A stretch of 64,000 nucleotides of DNA from a virus (IMGVR_UViG_3300049144_000052:1-64000), one strand, 5' to 3'; positions 27,986 through 38,462 are shown, counted from the first letter of the stretch. The notes: generated from the sequence alone by a model not told the origin. Numbers and translations: made by a program.

Positions 27986-28573
27986 ATGGTCAACATCACC
28001 CGCGCTGCCGACTTGGCGCTCGTGGGCGCGAACGGCGGGGGTTTCGTCGCCCCGGTGGGGACGGCGGCGCCGGCGGATCCCCGGAATCAGCCGCAGGCTC
28101 CGTGGGAGCCGCTGGGCGCGATCTCGGACGACGGTCTGACCTACGGGTTCGACGAGGACAGCCAGGAGTTCACCCCCTGGGGTCTGACCAGCCCGTTCCG
28201 CACGCAGATCACCAAGTCCGTGCGGACGTTCGGACTGACGGTGTGGGAGACGTCCCGTATCGCTGTCCAGTCGCTGCAGTACCGGCTGGACGCGGCAGAT
28301 CTGGAGCCGGACGGGGACGGTCTGACGAAGTACGCGGAGACCGCGTCGCCCTCGCCGGACCGCCGGGCGTTCTGGTTTCTCGTCATCGACGGGGACGCCT
28401 ACAAGGGCTTCTACGTGCCCGAGGGCGAGATCAACGACCGGTCGGACGTGACTTTCAAGCAGGACGAGATGTCCGGCTACGAGTGGACGATCACGACCTA
28501 CCCGGACGCGTCCGGGAACACCGTCTACCACGTCGACAAGATCCCGGTCACGCCCGCGTACAGCGGGTCCTGA
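27986..28573 (+). CDS. Major tail (tube) protein
   Basis: LGAISDDGL, EFTPWG, YEWTITTYPD; ends AYSGS. Confidence 0.88.
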   Translation: MVNITRAADLALVGANGGGFVAPVGTAAPADPRNQPQAPWEPLGAISDDGLTYGFDEDSQEFTPWGLTSPFRTQITKSVRTFGLTVWETSRIAVQSLQYRLDAADLEPDGDGLTKYAETASPSPDRRAFWFLVIDGDAYKGFYVPEGEINDRSDVTFKQDEMSGYEWTITTYPDASGNTVYHVDKIPVTPAYSGS

Positions 28574-28678
28574 GACGGGTGGACGGGCCGTAGGCACCTT
28601 GAGTGCCGCCGTTGGCGCGGGCCCGGCCCGTCCACCTCTACATTCCGCCCGCGCCGTTGATGTGAAGGAGCCCGCGCC

Positions 28679-29122
28679 GTGGCCGCAACACCACGCAAGA
28701 CCGCCAACTCGAGCAGGAAGCCGCGCAGTGCGGCCCGAGCAACATCCCGCCCCGCCACCAACCGCCGCGTCGTGGACGAGGTAGAGGAGCCGGACATCGA
28801 TGAGACAGACGTGACGGCCGCCGACGCACAGGAGACTGAGGCCGAGGGCCACTACGTCACCGCGTCCCTGTGTGGCGAGGAACTCCAGATCATCCCGCCG
28901 GGCGCCTGGCGGCAGTCTTGGCACCGGCTTCTGAACCGCGGCATGTTCGACGAGTTCGCCGAGCTCGTACTGCACCCGGACGACGTCGACGTGTACTTCG
29001 ACATCGACCCGACGAACGACGAGTTCAACGACTTCGTGACCGACGCGGCCAGCCAGTCCGGTGAGAGCCTGGGGAAATCGCGTGGACCCGCTCGGTCGTC
29101 GAAGCGCACGCGGAGGCGGTAG
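28679..29122 (+). CDS. Tail assembly chaperone, short form
   Basis: Between major tail and tape measure; ends ...SLGKSRGPARSSKRTRRR. Confidence 0.8.
   Translation: MAATPRKTANSSRKPRSAARATSRPATNRRVVDEVEEPDIDETDVTAADAQETEAEGHYVTASLCGEELQIIPPGAWRQSWHRLLNRGMFDEFAELVLHPDDVDVYFDIDPTNDEFNDFVTDAASQSGESLGKSRGPARSSKRTRRR
29071..29077 (+). other. Candidate -1 programmed frameshift site GGGGAAA
   Basis: CTG GGG AAA in frame 0; -1 frame stays open (EIAWTRSVVEAHAEAVEADL...) into ORF 29167..29532. Confidence 0.75.
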
Positions 29123-29532
29123 AAGCCGACCTGCTCCGCTACTACCAGGGCGTTGACCTTCTGGATGTGTATCGGGGGGCGATGTCGTGGCGTCGGCTGC
29201 GGGTGCTGATCCAGCATCTGCCGTCGGAGTCGTCGACGTGGACGGCTCTGCGGAATGCGATGTCGCCGGAGGAGCTGGCGGAGCAGGCCGACAAGGGCGA
29301 GCCGGAGAAGGCCCGCTGGTCGCAGGAGGAGCAGCTCCTCGCGTCCGTGCTGGACGCGGTCCGCCGTGTCGAGTGGGTCCTGATCTGCGCGAACAGCGAC
29401 TCGAAGTCGAAGCGCCCGAAAGCCCCGGAGCCGGTCCGCCGGCCCGGTGCGAAGCCGCTGCGGGCGAAGCAGAAGCTCACGGACGCGCAAGCACACGACC
29501 TCTTCCGCATCATCAACGGAGGCGCCGCGTAG
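29071..29532 (+). CDS. Tail assembly chaperone frameshift extension
   Basis: ADLLRYYQGVDLLDVYRGAMSWRRLRVLIQHLP; no clear RBS of its own. Confidence 0.75.
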   Translation, partial: GEIAWTRSVVEAHAEAVEADLLRYYQGVDLLDVYRGAMSWRRLRVLIQHLPSESSTWTALRNAMSPEELAEQADKGEPEKARWSQEEQLLASVLDAVRRVEWVLICANSDSKSKRPKAPEPVRRPGAKPLRAKQKLTDAQAHDLFRIINGGAA

Positions 29533-29554
29533 CGCTGCGGAGAGGGGGCTCCGC

Positions 29555-32500
29555 ATGGCGATCAGCGTTGGCTCCGTCGAGGTTGATGTCGTCCCCAACA
29601 CTCGCGGCATCTACAACCAGTTGCGTGGTGCTCTCGTGCCTGCGGCGACGCGGGCTGGCGAGGACGCCGGCAATGCTGCTGGGCGGGCGTTTGGGCCCGC
29701 GATGCGGTCCGAGGTGGGCGGCATCGGCCTGCAGATTGGCGAGCAGATCGGTCGGCAGATCGCCGCCCGTATCAGTGCGTCGGTGCGCGGTGCTCTGCGG
29801 GACGGGGTCACGCAGGGCGGCCAGACGGCGCGCCCTGCGGCGACCCGGCAGGGCGAGGAGACTGGTGGCGCTTTCGCGCGCTCGCTGCGGGCCAAGCTGC
29901 AGGAAGCGTTCCGGTCGATGCCGAAGCTCAACGTGTCGCTTTCCGACACTGGGGTGGACGCGGACCTGGCCCGCCTTCGGGCCCGCATGGAAACCCTGTC
30001 AAACAAGACCATCGGCATTGACATCGATGCGGCGACGGCTCGGGCGCAGGCCGCGGACATCGAGGAGCGGCTTCGCCGTCTCGGCGCCGCGCACCCGAAC
30101 GTCGCAGTGCGCGCTGACACGGCGGGTGCGATCGCCCAACTGCAGGCGCTGCAGGCGCAGATCGACGAGGTGTCGGCGGATCCGTTGCGGATCCGGGTGG
30201 AGACGGACGGCGGTCTGGGTGCCCGGCTGCGGGCCGCCGTGCAGCAGGCGGAGGCGTCGCTGCCGAACGTCAACATCGACGCCGATACGACGCCGGCCCA
30301 ACTGGAAGTTGCCCGGCTTCGGGCACAGCTGACGCAACTGCGGGATGCTCGGATCGGTATCGATGTTGATGCCGGTACGGCTCTGGCGCGCATCGAGGAG
30401 ATCCAGAACCGCCTGGCGCGGTTGTCGGCGCAGGATGCGGACGTGTCGGTCCGCGTCGATGCGGGGGCGGCGTCGGCACAGCTGGCAGCGTTCCAAGCGC
30501 AGGTCAACCGGCTGGACGGGCAGACCGCGCGGGTCGATGTGGATACGTCGTCGGCCCAGTCGAGCATGGGCATGCTCGTGGCGTCGGCGATCATGTTCGG
30601 CCCTGCGATCATTCCGGCGCTTCCGGTGATCGCGGCGGGGCTGGGTGCGATCGCGGCTGCGGGTGTGGCGGCTGCCGCCGGGATCGGTGGTATCGCGCTG
30701 GTGGCGGCCCCGGCGTTCAAGGGCATCGCGGGCGCTCTCACAGCGCAGAAGGCTGCGCAGGATGCGGCGACGAACGCCACCTATCAGGGCGGCCAGGCGG
30801 CCGGGCAGGGCGCGTCGAAGGCTTTGCAGATGGCGGGCGCGCAGCAGGCGCTGGCGTCGGCGCAACGTAATGCGGCCAGGCAGATCTCGGATGCGGAGCG
30901 GGGTGTGTCGGATGCGGTCCGGCAGGCCGCTCAGAACAATGCGCGTGCCGCTGAGCAGGTGAAGTCTGCTCGCCAGTCGTTGGCGGATGCGTACACGCAG
31001 GCCGCGGAGCGGATGCAGCAGGCGAACGCTGACGTGTCGCGTGCGGAGCGGGATCTCGCGCAGTCGCAGAAGGCCGCCCGGCAGGCGCAGCTGGATTTGG
31101 TCGCGGCCCGTAAGGAGGCCGCGCAGCAGCTGGAGGACCTGAACAACCGTCTGACCGACAGCACGCTGTCGCAGCGGGACGCACAGATTGCACTGGCCGA
31201 GGCGACGGCCGAACGCGACAAAGTTCTCCGCTCGGAGACGTCGACCGAGCTCGACAAGCAGAAGGCGCTGCTCCAGTACGACCAGGCCGTCCAGCGCCTG
31301 AAGGAGCAGACCACCGAGACGAAGCGCCTCAAGGATGAGACGGCCGCCGCGAACAAGGCGGGCGTCGAAGGCTCGACCACCGTCAAGTCGGCGCAGGAGC
31401 AGCTGGCGAACGCCCAGCAGGACGTCACCGACAAGACGACGGCGCTGAAGACGGCGCAGCAGAACGTCGCCAAGACGCAGATCCAGAACACGCGCACGAT
31501 CGCCGAGGCGCAGTCGAAGCTGGCGGAGGCGCAGAAGAACGTTGCGGAGACGCAGCGGCAGGGCGCCGAGACGATCGCCCGCGCCCAGGAGCGGGTGGTT
31601 CAGGCCCAGCAGGCCGGCGCGGACTCGATCGCGTCGGCGCAGCGGCAGATCCAGTCGGCTTCGATTTCGGCGGCCGGCGGGGTGGATCAGGCGGCGATCG
31701 CGCAGGCCAAGTACCGGGCCGAGCTGGCGAAACTGACGCCGTCCGCGCGGGAGACGTTCAACGCGTTCATCGACTTGCGCAAGGTCTTCGGTGAGTGGTC
31801 GAAGGCCCTGCAGCCTGCCGTGATGCCCATCTTCACCCGGGCGCTGGTCGGGCTGAAGAACTCCCTGCCGGGGTTGACGCCGTTCGTGCTGGCTGCGGCG
31901 GATGCGATCAGCGGCCTGCAGGACCGGGTGTCGCGGGGCTTCAAGTCGCCGTGGTGGCAGCAGTTCAAGACTGAACTTGCCGGCTCGGTCGGGCCTGCGA
32001 TCACGGGTCTAGGTGTCTCCTTCGGCCGGATCTTCAAGGGCATGGCGGGCATCGTTGATGCCTTCCTGCCGCACATGGACTCCATTTCGGAGCGCATGCA
32101 GCGCATCACCGGCAGGTTCGCGAACTGGGGCACGTCACTGAAGGGTTCGCCGGAGTTCGAGCAGTTCCTCGACTACTCGGCGAAGCACGCCCCGCTGCTC
32201 GCGGAGACCTTCGGCGATATCGGCGGGGCTCTCCTCGACATCGGGCAGGCGCTGGAGCCGGTATCAGGCCCGCTGCTGCAGGTGGTCGGCGCGCTGGCGC
32301 AGGGCCTGAGCTCTATCGCCACCTACCTGCCCGAGCTGGTGCTCGGCATGTACGGGCTGTGGGTTGCGACCCGGTTGTGGGCGGCGGCGCAGGTCATCGC
32401 CAACGGAGCAATGCTCGCCTTCAATCTGATCTCGAAGGCCGGCCCGTGGGGCTGGATCATCCTCGGGATCACCGCGGTGGTTCTTGCGGTGATCTACATG

Positions 32501-34519
32501 TACCGGCGGTTCGAGTGGTTCCGCGACGGCGTTCAGGCCGTGTGGACGGCGATCCAGACGGTGGCGATGTGGGTGTGGACGACTGTCCTCCAGCCGGTGT
32601 TCTCCGCCATCTGGGGGGCGTTGCAGACGGTGGGCCGGTGGGCGATGTGGCTGTGGACGAACGCCATCAGTCCAGCCTTCAACTTCATCGTCCTCGCCGG
32701 GAAGATCCTGCTGACGGCGATCGTCACCTTGGTCCTGCTGCCGATCATCGCCACGATCAAGATTGTCGGCGCGATCGCGATGTGGCTGTGGACCCACGCA
32801 ATCAAACCCGCTTTCGAGGGTATCGCCGCAGTCGCATCCTGGCTGTGGACGAACGCCATCCAGCCGACGTTCCAGTGGATCGGCGACAAGGCGAAATGGC
32901 TGTGGACCTCGGCTATCAAGCCTGCCTGGGACGGCATCAAGGCTGGCGCCAAGTTCATGTGGGAGAAGGTCCTCCAGCCGATCTTCCGGTACTTCTGGGA
33001 GGGCCTGAAGACGATCGGCGGCTGGGCGTCCTGGCTGTACACGGAGGCCATCAAGCCTGCCTTCGACCGCATCGTGGCGGTCGGGAAGACAGCTTGGGAG
33101 AAGGGCATCAAGCCCGTCTTCGACGGCTGGAAGCTGATCATCAAGGGGCTAGGTGGGCTCTTCGACGATGCGGTCGGCGCGATCGGCACGGCCTGGGACA
33201 AGCTGAAGGGCGTTGCGAAGGCGCCCGTGAAGTTCGTCGTCGACACCGTCTACAACAACGGCATCGTCGGCGTCTGGAACAAGGTCGCTGCGGCCTTCGG
33301 CGCACCCAAGTTGTCGAAGTTCAAGTTCGCCGACGGTGGCGTCATGCCGGGCTACACGCCGGGCCGAGATGTGCACAAGTTCCTGTCCCCGACCGGTGGG
33401 GCGCTCGAGCTCAGCGGCGGCGAGGCCATCATGCGGCCCGAGTTCACCCGCGCGGTCGGCTCCAGTTTCGTCGGGACGATGAACTCGATCGCCAAGTCCC
33501 GGGGCGCCCAAGGCGTCAAGGCGGCCCTGGCACCCGTGTTCGGCGGCAACCCGAAGACGCCGACCGACCGGTCCCTGCCCTACGCCAACGGCGGCATCGT
33601 GCAGTCCTTCGCGGACGGCGGCATCTTCGGCTGGATCGGCAAAGCCGCATCCACCGTGGCAGGCGCGGGATCGGAAGCCTGGAACGCCATCAAAAAGGGC
33701 GCTTCCTGGATCGGCGACACGCTCGAATCGTCAGCTCGCGCAGGCGTGAAAGCAGTCGTCAACCCGCTCCTGAAGGGCTTCCCCGGCATGGACACCGGGC
33801 TCGGCCAGATGATCCGCCACATCCCGGACCAGATCCTGGATGCCCTGTTCGGCTACAGCAAGAAAGCCGACGACAAGGGCGCTGGCGGCATCGGCGGCCC
33901 GCGCATCCAGGCAGGCCTGAAGTGGGCGAAAACCCAGAACGGCAAGCCTTACCAGTGGGGCGGCAACGGCAATCCCAGCTGGGACTGCTCCGGGTTCATG
34001 TCCGCGATCGAGTCCGTCATCCGGGGCCAGAAGCCTCACCGGCGGTGGGCAACGGGGGCGTTCTCCGGGAAGACCGCGCCTCCCGGCTGGGTGTACCACG
34101 GCAACTCGCCGTTCCGCATCGGCATCACCAACGACGGTGTCGGGCACACCGCGGGCACGTTGGGCCGCACCAACGTGGAGTCGCGTGGCGGTGACGGCGT
34201 CATCGTCGGCCCGCGGGCACGCGGCTACAAGGCGCCGCTGTTCGACTCGTGGTACGGCTTCAAACCGGGGTCTTACGACAGTGGCGGCTACCTGCAGCCC
34301 GGCATGAACATGGCGTTCAACGGCACCGGGCGCCCGGAGCCGGTCTTCACGACGGCGCAGGCCAACGCGCTCACCTCGCTGGCGGCGCGGTCGGCGTCGC
34401 AGCAGCTCGGCGACCTGTCTGTGTCGGTGTTCGTCGGCAACGAGCAGATCACCGACATCGCCCGCACCGAAGTGCGGACGGCGCAGGGCGAGCTCATTCA
34501 GGTACTCAACGCGGGCTGA
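29555..34519 (+). CDS. Tape measure protein with C-terminal NlpC/P60-like peptidase domain
   Basis: About 1654 aa of Ala/Gln helices and Trp repeats; KPYQWGG...WDCSGF...GHTAG near the C-terminus. Confidence 0.93.
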   Translation: MAISVGSVEVDVVPNTRGIYNQLRGALVPAATRAGEDAGNAAGRAFGPAMRSEVGGIGLQIGEQIGRQIAARISASVRGALRDGVTQGGQTARPAATRQGEETGGAFARSLRAKLQEAFRSMPKLNVSLSDTGVDADLARLRARMETLSNKTIGIDIDAATARAQAADIEERLRRLGAAHPNVAVRADTAGAIAQLQALQAQIDEVSADPLRIRVETDGGLGARLRAAVQQAEASLPNVNIDADTTPAQLEVARLRAQLTQLRDARIGIDVDAGTALARIEEIQNRLARLSAQDADVSVRVDAGAASAQLAAFQAQVNRLDGQTARVDVDTSSAQSSMGMLVASAIMFGPAIIPALPVIAAGLGAIAAAGVAAAAGIGGIALVAAPAFKGIAGALTAQKAAQDAATNATYQGGQAAGQGASKALQMAGAQQALASAQRNAARQISDAERGVSDAVRQAAQNNARAAEQVKSARQSLADAYTQAAERMQQANADVSRAERDLAQSQKAARQAQLDLVAARKEAAQQLEDLNNRLTDSTLSQRDAQIALAEATAERDKVLRSETSTELDKQKALLQYDQAVQRLKEQTTETKRLKDETAAANKAGVEGSTTVKSAQEQLANAQQDVTDKTTALKTAQQNVAKTQIQNTRTIAEAQSKLAEAQKNVAETQRQGAETIARAQERVVQAQQAGADSIASAQRQIQSASISAAGGVDQAAIAQAKYRAELAKLTPSARETFNAFIDLRKVFGEWSKALQPAVMPIFTRALVGLKNSLPGLTPFVLAAADAISGLQDRVSRGFKSPWWQQFKTELAGSVGPAITGLGVSFGRIFKGMAGIVDAFLPHMDSISERMQRITGRFANWGTSLKGSPEFEQFLDYSAKHAPLLAETFGDIGGALLDIGQALEPVSGPLLQVVGALAQGLSSIATYLPELVLGMYGLWVATRLWAAAQVIANGAMLAFNLISKAGPWGWIILGITAVVLAVIYMYRRFEWFRDGVQAVWTAIQTVAMWVWTTVLQPVFSAIWGALQTVGRWAMWLWTNAISPAFNFIVLAGKILLTAIVTLVLLPIIATIKIVGAIAMWLWTHAIKPAFEGIAAVASWLWTNAIQPTFQWIGDKAKWLWTSAIKPAWDGIKAGAKFMWEKVLQPIFRYFWEGLKTIGGWASWLYTEAIKPAFDRIVAVGKTAWEKGIKPVFDGWKLIIKGLGGLFDDAVGAIGTAWDKLKGVAKAPVKFVVDTVYNNGIVGVWNKVAAAFGAPKLSKFKFADGGVMPGYTPGRDVHKFLSPTGGALELSGGEAIMRPEFTRAVGSSFVGTMNSIAKSRGAQGVKAALAPVFGGNPKTPTDRSLPYANGGIVQSFADGGIFGWIGKAASTVAGAGSEAWNAIKKGASWIGDTLESSARAGVKAVVNPLLKGFPGMDTGLGQMIRHIPDQILDALFGYSKKADDKGAGGIGGPRIQAGLKWAKTQNGKPYQWGGNGNPSWDCSGFMSAIESVIRGQKPHRRWATGAFSGKTAPPGWVYHGNSPFRIGITNDGVGHTAGTLGRTNVESRGGDGVIVGPRARGYKAPLFDSWYGFKPGSYDSGGYLQPGMNMAFNGTGRPEPVFTTAQANALTSLAARSASQQLGDLSVSVFVGNEQITDIARTEVRTAQGELIQVLNAG

Positions 34520-34528
34520 GGAGGAATC

Positions 34529-36757
34529 TTGGCGATCCCCGGAAACCTCCTCAGCCCGACCACCGAGAGCATTGACCCGAACACCTCTGGCTGGACGCCG
34601 AAGCTGAACTGCACGATCGCCAAGGGCATCGGTGGCAGGAACGGCGACGGCTGCCTCGCCGTCAAGAGTGTGGCGGCCGGCGAGATGCAGGTCCGCACCG
34701 TCTCCTCCTACCCGGTCACCGCAGGCACCGTCTACTACACGTTCGCGGACACGGCCGGGGTGGTGGGGGAGCGGATCGGCATCCGCTGGCTCAACAGCGC
34801 CGGCGGCGAGGTCGGGGTGGCCTGGTCGGCGACGACAGCCGGGTCCTCGTCGTCATGGCACCGGGTCAGCGTGGCCGGTGTAGCGCCGTCCGGGACCACA
34901 AAAGCCCAGGTGCTCCTCGGCAGCACCGAGACGGGCGCGAACGTCAACCACTACTGGGAGAACGTCTACCTGGGACTACCGGTCCGGGTGCTCGGTAACC
35001 TGCTCCCCTTCAACACGGAGTCGTCGGAGGTCGACGCCTCCGGATGGACGCCCGTCGTCAACGCCAGCATCAGCCGCCAGGTGCCAGTGATGAGCTGGGC
35101 TGTCAACAACTACTACGCCGGTGGGCACGCCCTGGCGCTGACCGCGGTCGCCGCTGGCAACGCATCGATCCTGACGGTGGAGCGGCCCACCGTGACGCCG
35201 TTCACCGAATACCTGGCCTACGCCTACCTGCAGCCGCCGACGATCGCCTCCACGTGCTGGATCGAACTCCGCTTCTACGACGTCAACGGCAACCAGGTCG
35301 GCGCCCAACGGTCCACGTTGGCGCCGCCGACGCCGGCGACAGGCATGTACCGGCAGCGGGCGTCGATGGTGGCGCCGGCGAATGCGGCTACCTGCTCGGT
35401 GGCGGCGGGCCTGGATTCGGCGTCGGCCGGGCAGGTGCTGCGACTGGAGACGGTCGTCGTTACCGTGGCGCCGAAGCTGCAGGCCGGCTCGGTGCTCCCG
35501 TATGCGGACTCCAGCTTCGAGCAGGGCATCGCCGGGTGGACGGTTGCGTCGGGTGTCGCGACGATCGCCCGCACCACCCCGTGGGGGCTGTCCGCATTCG
35601 ATGGCTCCTACGCGCTCGCCATCACCTCATCCACTGCCACCGCCTCCACAATCCGCTCAGCGAAGTTCCCGGTCCACGCGGGCACGAACTGGCGAGCCCA
35701 GATGCTCGCCCACCCGGCGGCCGGCACGTGGTCTTCAGCGACAACCCGGATCCACTGGTACGACGCCGCGAACACGGACCTCGGCACTTCTACCGGCACG
35801 ACTTTCGCTCTGCCTGGCACGTCTTGGTATGTGATCCCCACCGATGCGGTCGCGCCTGCAGGGGCGACGCAGGCCGCGGTAGAGCTGGCGGCTACAGCGT
35901 CGACGACGGCCAGTGTCCTGCACGTTGACCAGGTGGTGCTGTGGGAGGTTTTGCCGCTTACCGCGGTGGAGGCGCACTCGAGCGACGGCTACGTCGAGTT
36001 GACGTTGCGGGAGCTGATCCTCGACTACGAACTGTCCGTGTTCCGGGAGCTGCAGGATGGGTCCCGCACTCTGGTGCGGGGCCCGTATGGGCTGATCGAC
36101 CACCAGGTCATCTCTTCTGATCTGATGGTGATCGAGGACCATGAGGCGCCGTTGAACGTGCCGGTCAGGTACTACATCGAGCAGTGGCCGCCCGGATCGC
36201 TCACCGCATCCACCCGCACCACCGGCTACGTCACCATCACCCTCGACGACATCAACCAGGTGTGGCTGAAGGACCCGGGCAACCCGCAACGCAACATGAA
36301 GGTGCTGGTAGCGAAGGCCCCGGACTGGAACCGGCCCATCGACCAAGCCAGCTACGTCGTCCGCGGCCGACGCAACAAAGTCACGCTCAGCGGGAAACGC
36401 CAAGGGCTGGAGGGCGACCTCGCGATCTGGACTCTGTCCGACCAGCAGCGCAAAGCCCTGCACCTGCTCCTCGACGACGGCAACGTCCTGCTGTGGCAGG
36501 CCGCACCCGGGATGGGCGTCGACGACATGTACGTGTCCTTCGGCCAAGTCCCGGAGGCGCGGACGGGCGGGCTGGCGCAGGAGCAGATGCGGGCCTGGAC
36601 GCTGCCGCTCGTCGAGCAGGACATGCCGGTCACGGTCGGTGTCGGCGGACCGGCAGGCCGCACCTGGCAGGACGTCGTCACCGAGTTCGCGACCTGCGCC
36701 GATCTGCTGCCCGTGTACGCGACCAGCGAGGATCTGCTGCTCGACCGAAGGCGGTGA
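34529..36757 (+). CDS. Minor tail (distal tail) protein with three carbohydrate-binding-like repeats
   Basis: GNLLSPTTESIDPNTSGW / GNLLPFNTESSEVDASGW / GSVLPYADSSFEQGIAGW. Confidence 0.8.
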   Translation: MAIPGNLLSPTTESIDPNTSGWTPKLNCTIAKGIGGRNGDGCLAVKSVAAGEMQVRTVSSYPVTAGTVYYTFADTAGVVGERIGIRWLNSAGGEVGVAWSATTAGSSSSWHRVSVAGVAPSGTTKAQVLLGSTETGANVNHYWENVYLGLPVRVLGNLLPFNTESSEVDASGWTPVVNASISRQVPVMSWAVNNYYAGGHALALTAVAAGNASILTVERPTVTPFTEYLAYAYLQPPTIASTCWIELRFYDVNGNQVGAQRSTLAPPTPATGMYRQRASMVAPANAATCSVAAGLDSASAGQVLRLETVVVTVAPKLQAGSVLPYADSSFEQGIAGWTVASGVATIARTTPWGLSAFDGSYALAITSSTATASTIRSAKFPVHAGTNWRAQMLAHPAAGTWSSATTRIHWYDAANTDLGTSTGTTFALPGTSWYVIPTDAVAPAGATQAAVELAATASTTASVLHVDQVVLWEVLPLTAVEAHSSDGYVELTLRELILDYELSVFRELQDGSRTLVRGPYGLIDHQVISSDLMVIEDHEAPLNVPVRYYIEQWPPGSLTASTRTTGYVTITLDDINQVWLKDPGNPQRNMKVLVAKAPDWNRPIDQASYVVRGRRNKVTLSGKRQGLEGDLAIWTLSDQQRKALHLLLDDGNVLLWQAAPGMGVDDMYVSFGQVPEARTGGLAQEQMRAWTLPLVEQDMPVTVGVGGPAGRTWQDVVTEFATCADLLPVYATSEDLLLDRRR

Positions 36758-36760
36758 GGC

Positions 36761-37855
36761 GTGTACGCCGTCTCCGACCGGTTCCTGAAGCGCCTCGCCG
36801 AAAGCCACACGCCGGTCACCCTGGTGCAGCTGCTGCTGACAGACGGGCGCACCGTCGACCTGGAGCACACGGGCGGCAGCGTCACCGTGGACCGCGGGCA
36901 GGCCATCCGCCGCACCTGCACCGTCACCGTCGCTGACCCGTCGCTGATTCCCAGGACGCCAGCTGACCAGCTCGCCACCTACGGCGCGCAGCTGCGAATC
37001 TCGCGGGGCGTCGAGTACGGCAACGCCGACGACGTGGAACTCGTGCCACTCGGCGTGTTCCGCCTCGACTCCGTGGACGGCGATGTCAACGAGGGCCCGG
37101 TCACCCTGGCGGGGAAAGACCTGTCGGCGATCGTCGCCGACGACAAGCTCACCGCCCCCTACACGGCGTCAGGCACCGTCGTCAGCGCGGTCACCGCCCT
37201 CATCCAGCGGTCCATCCCGACAGCCGCCGTCATCAGCAGCATCGTCGACCAGGGCATCGGGAAACGCACGTTCGACGTCGAGGCCGACCCGTGGGCTGGC
37301 TGCCAGGAGATCGCATCCGGTGCCGGCGCCGAGGTCTACTGCAACCCGGACGGCGTGTTCGTCATCGCCACCCTGCCCGACCTGGCGACAGCCACCCCGG
37401 TGTGGGAGATCGCAGCGGCTGAGGGCGGCGCCTACATCAAGGCAAACCGCGGCATGTCCAGCGCGGGCGTAAACAACGGCGTGCTGGCCCGCGGCGAGAA
37501 CACCAGCGAGAACGCGCCCCCGGTCCAGTACCTGGCCATCGATGGCGACCCCAACAGCCCTACCTACTGGGGCGGCCCGTTCGGACGCCGACCCGATTTC
37601 TTCACGTCCAGCACCCTGACGACGACCGCCGCCTGCCAGAACGCGGCCACCCTGAAGCTGGCCCAGGCCAAGGCGCCAAACGCCACCGGAGACATCAGCT
37701 CCCTCCCGAACCCAGCCCTTGAATCGGGCGATGTGCTGCGGGTGCAGCACGAGGACGGCAGCCGCGAACTCCACCAGGCCGCCAGCTTCACCGTGCCCCT
37801 CGACCTCGGCGGCGACTTCCCCATCAGCACGATCAGCGCCAAGGAGGACGCGTGA
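36761..37855 (+). CDS. Minor tail / baseplate hub protein, DUF5047-like
   Basis: GGSVTVDRGQAIRRT, PNPALESGD; position. Confidence 0.78.
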   Translation: MYAVSDRFLKRLAESHTPVTLVQLLLTDGRTVDLEHTGGSVTVDRGQAIRRTCTVTVADPSLIPRTPADQLATYGAQLRISRGVEYGNADDVELVPLGVFRLDSVDGDVNEGPVTLAGKDLSAIVADDKLTAPYTASGTVVSAVTALIQRSIPTAAVISSIVDQGIGKRTFDVEADPWAGCQEIASGAGAEVYCNPDGVFVIATLPDLATATPVWEIAAAEGGAYIKANRGMSSAGVNNGVLARGENTSENAPPVQYLAIDGDPNSPTYWGGPFGRRPDFFTSSTLTTTAACQNAATLKLAQAKAPNATGDISSLPNPALESGDVLRVQHEDGSRELHQAASFTVPLDLGGDFPISTISAKEDA

Positions 37856-38454
37856 CGAAGTCCTCGCACGCCTCCACCCGCGACCTCAAGTACGCGATCC
37901 AGCAGGCAGCGAAACGCACCGGCGAACAGGCCCCCAGCGTGCGCGGCTCCGACTGGCGGCTCGCCACCGTCACTGCAGACAACGCAGACGGCACCGTCGA
38001 CGCCGACGGCATCCCTGACATCCGCTGCATGGAGACCTACTCCCAGCCCCGAGTCGGTGACCTCATCGTCATCACCCAGTCCTCCTCAGGGAACTGGCTG
38101 GCCTGGGGACGCACCGCGACAGCAGCCCCAGACTGGACACCACTCACCCTGGCCTCCGGATTCCAGAACCCAGGCCACGGCTACACCGCCTCCTACCTGC
38201 GGCAGGGGCACCGCGTCTGGCTACGCGGACGCATCGGCCCGACATCGGGGACGATCGCCGACAACGCCACCTTGCTCACCCTGCCGGCTGCGATCCAGCC
38301 CGCCGCGGTGTGCGCGTGGGCTGTGGTGAGGGACGCGACGGTAATGCCGGCCGTGTGCCGCCTGGAGATCAGCCTTGGCGGCATCGTGCGCACCTTCCAG
38401 TCCTCGAATCTGCCGTCGTGGGTTGCCCTCGACGGCATCAGCTACACGATCTAG
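37852..38454 (+). CDS. Minor tail protein
   Basis: GTGA overlap; VGDLIVITQ..GNWLAWG then a beta-rich tip domain. Confidence 0.72.
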   Translation: MTKSSHASTRDLKYAIQQAAKRTGEQAPSVRGSDWRLATVTADNADGTVDADGIPDIRCMETYSQPRVGDLIVITQSSSGNWLAWGRTATAAPDWTPLTLASGFQNPGHGYTASYLRQGHRVWLRGRIGPTSGTIADNATLLTLPAAIQPAAVCAWAVVRDATVMPAVCRLEISLGGIVRTFQSSNLPSWVALDGISYTI

Positions 38455-38462
38455 GAGGCCCT

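Noticed and set aside
29611-34194. Long alternative-frame and antisense ORFs over the tape measure (e.g. 29611..30780, 32359..34194)
   Set aside because: Shadow ORFs expected from high GC3; Arg/Pro/Ala-rich, no RBS or motifs
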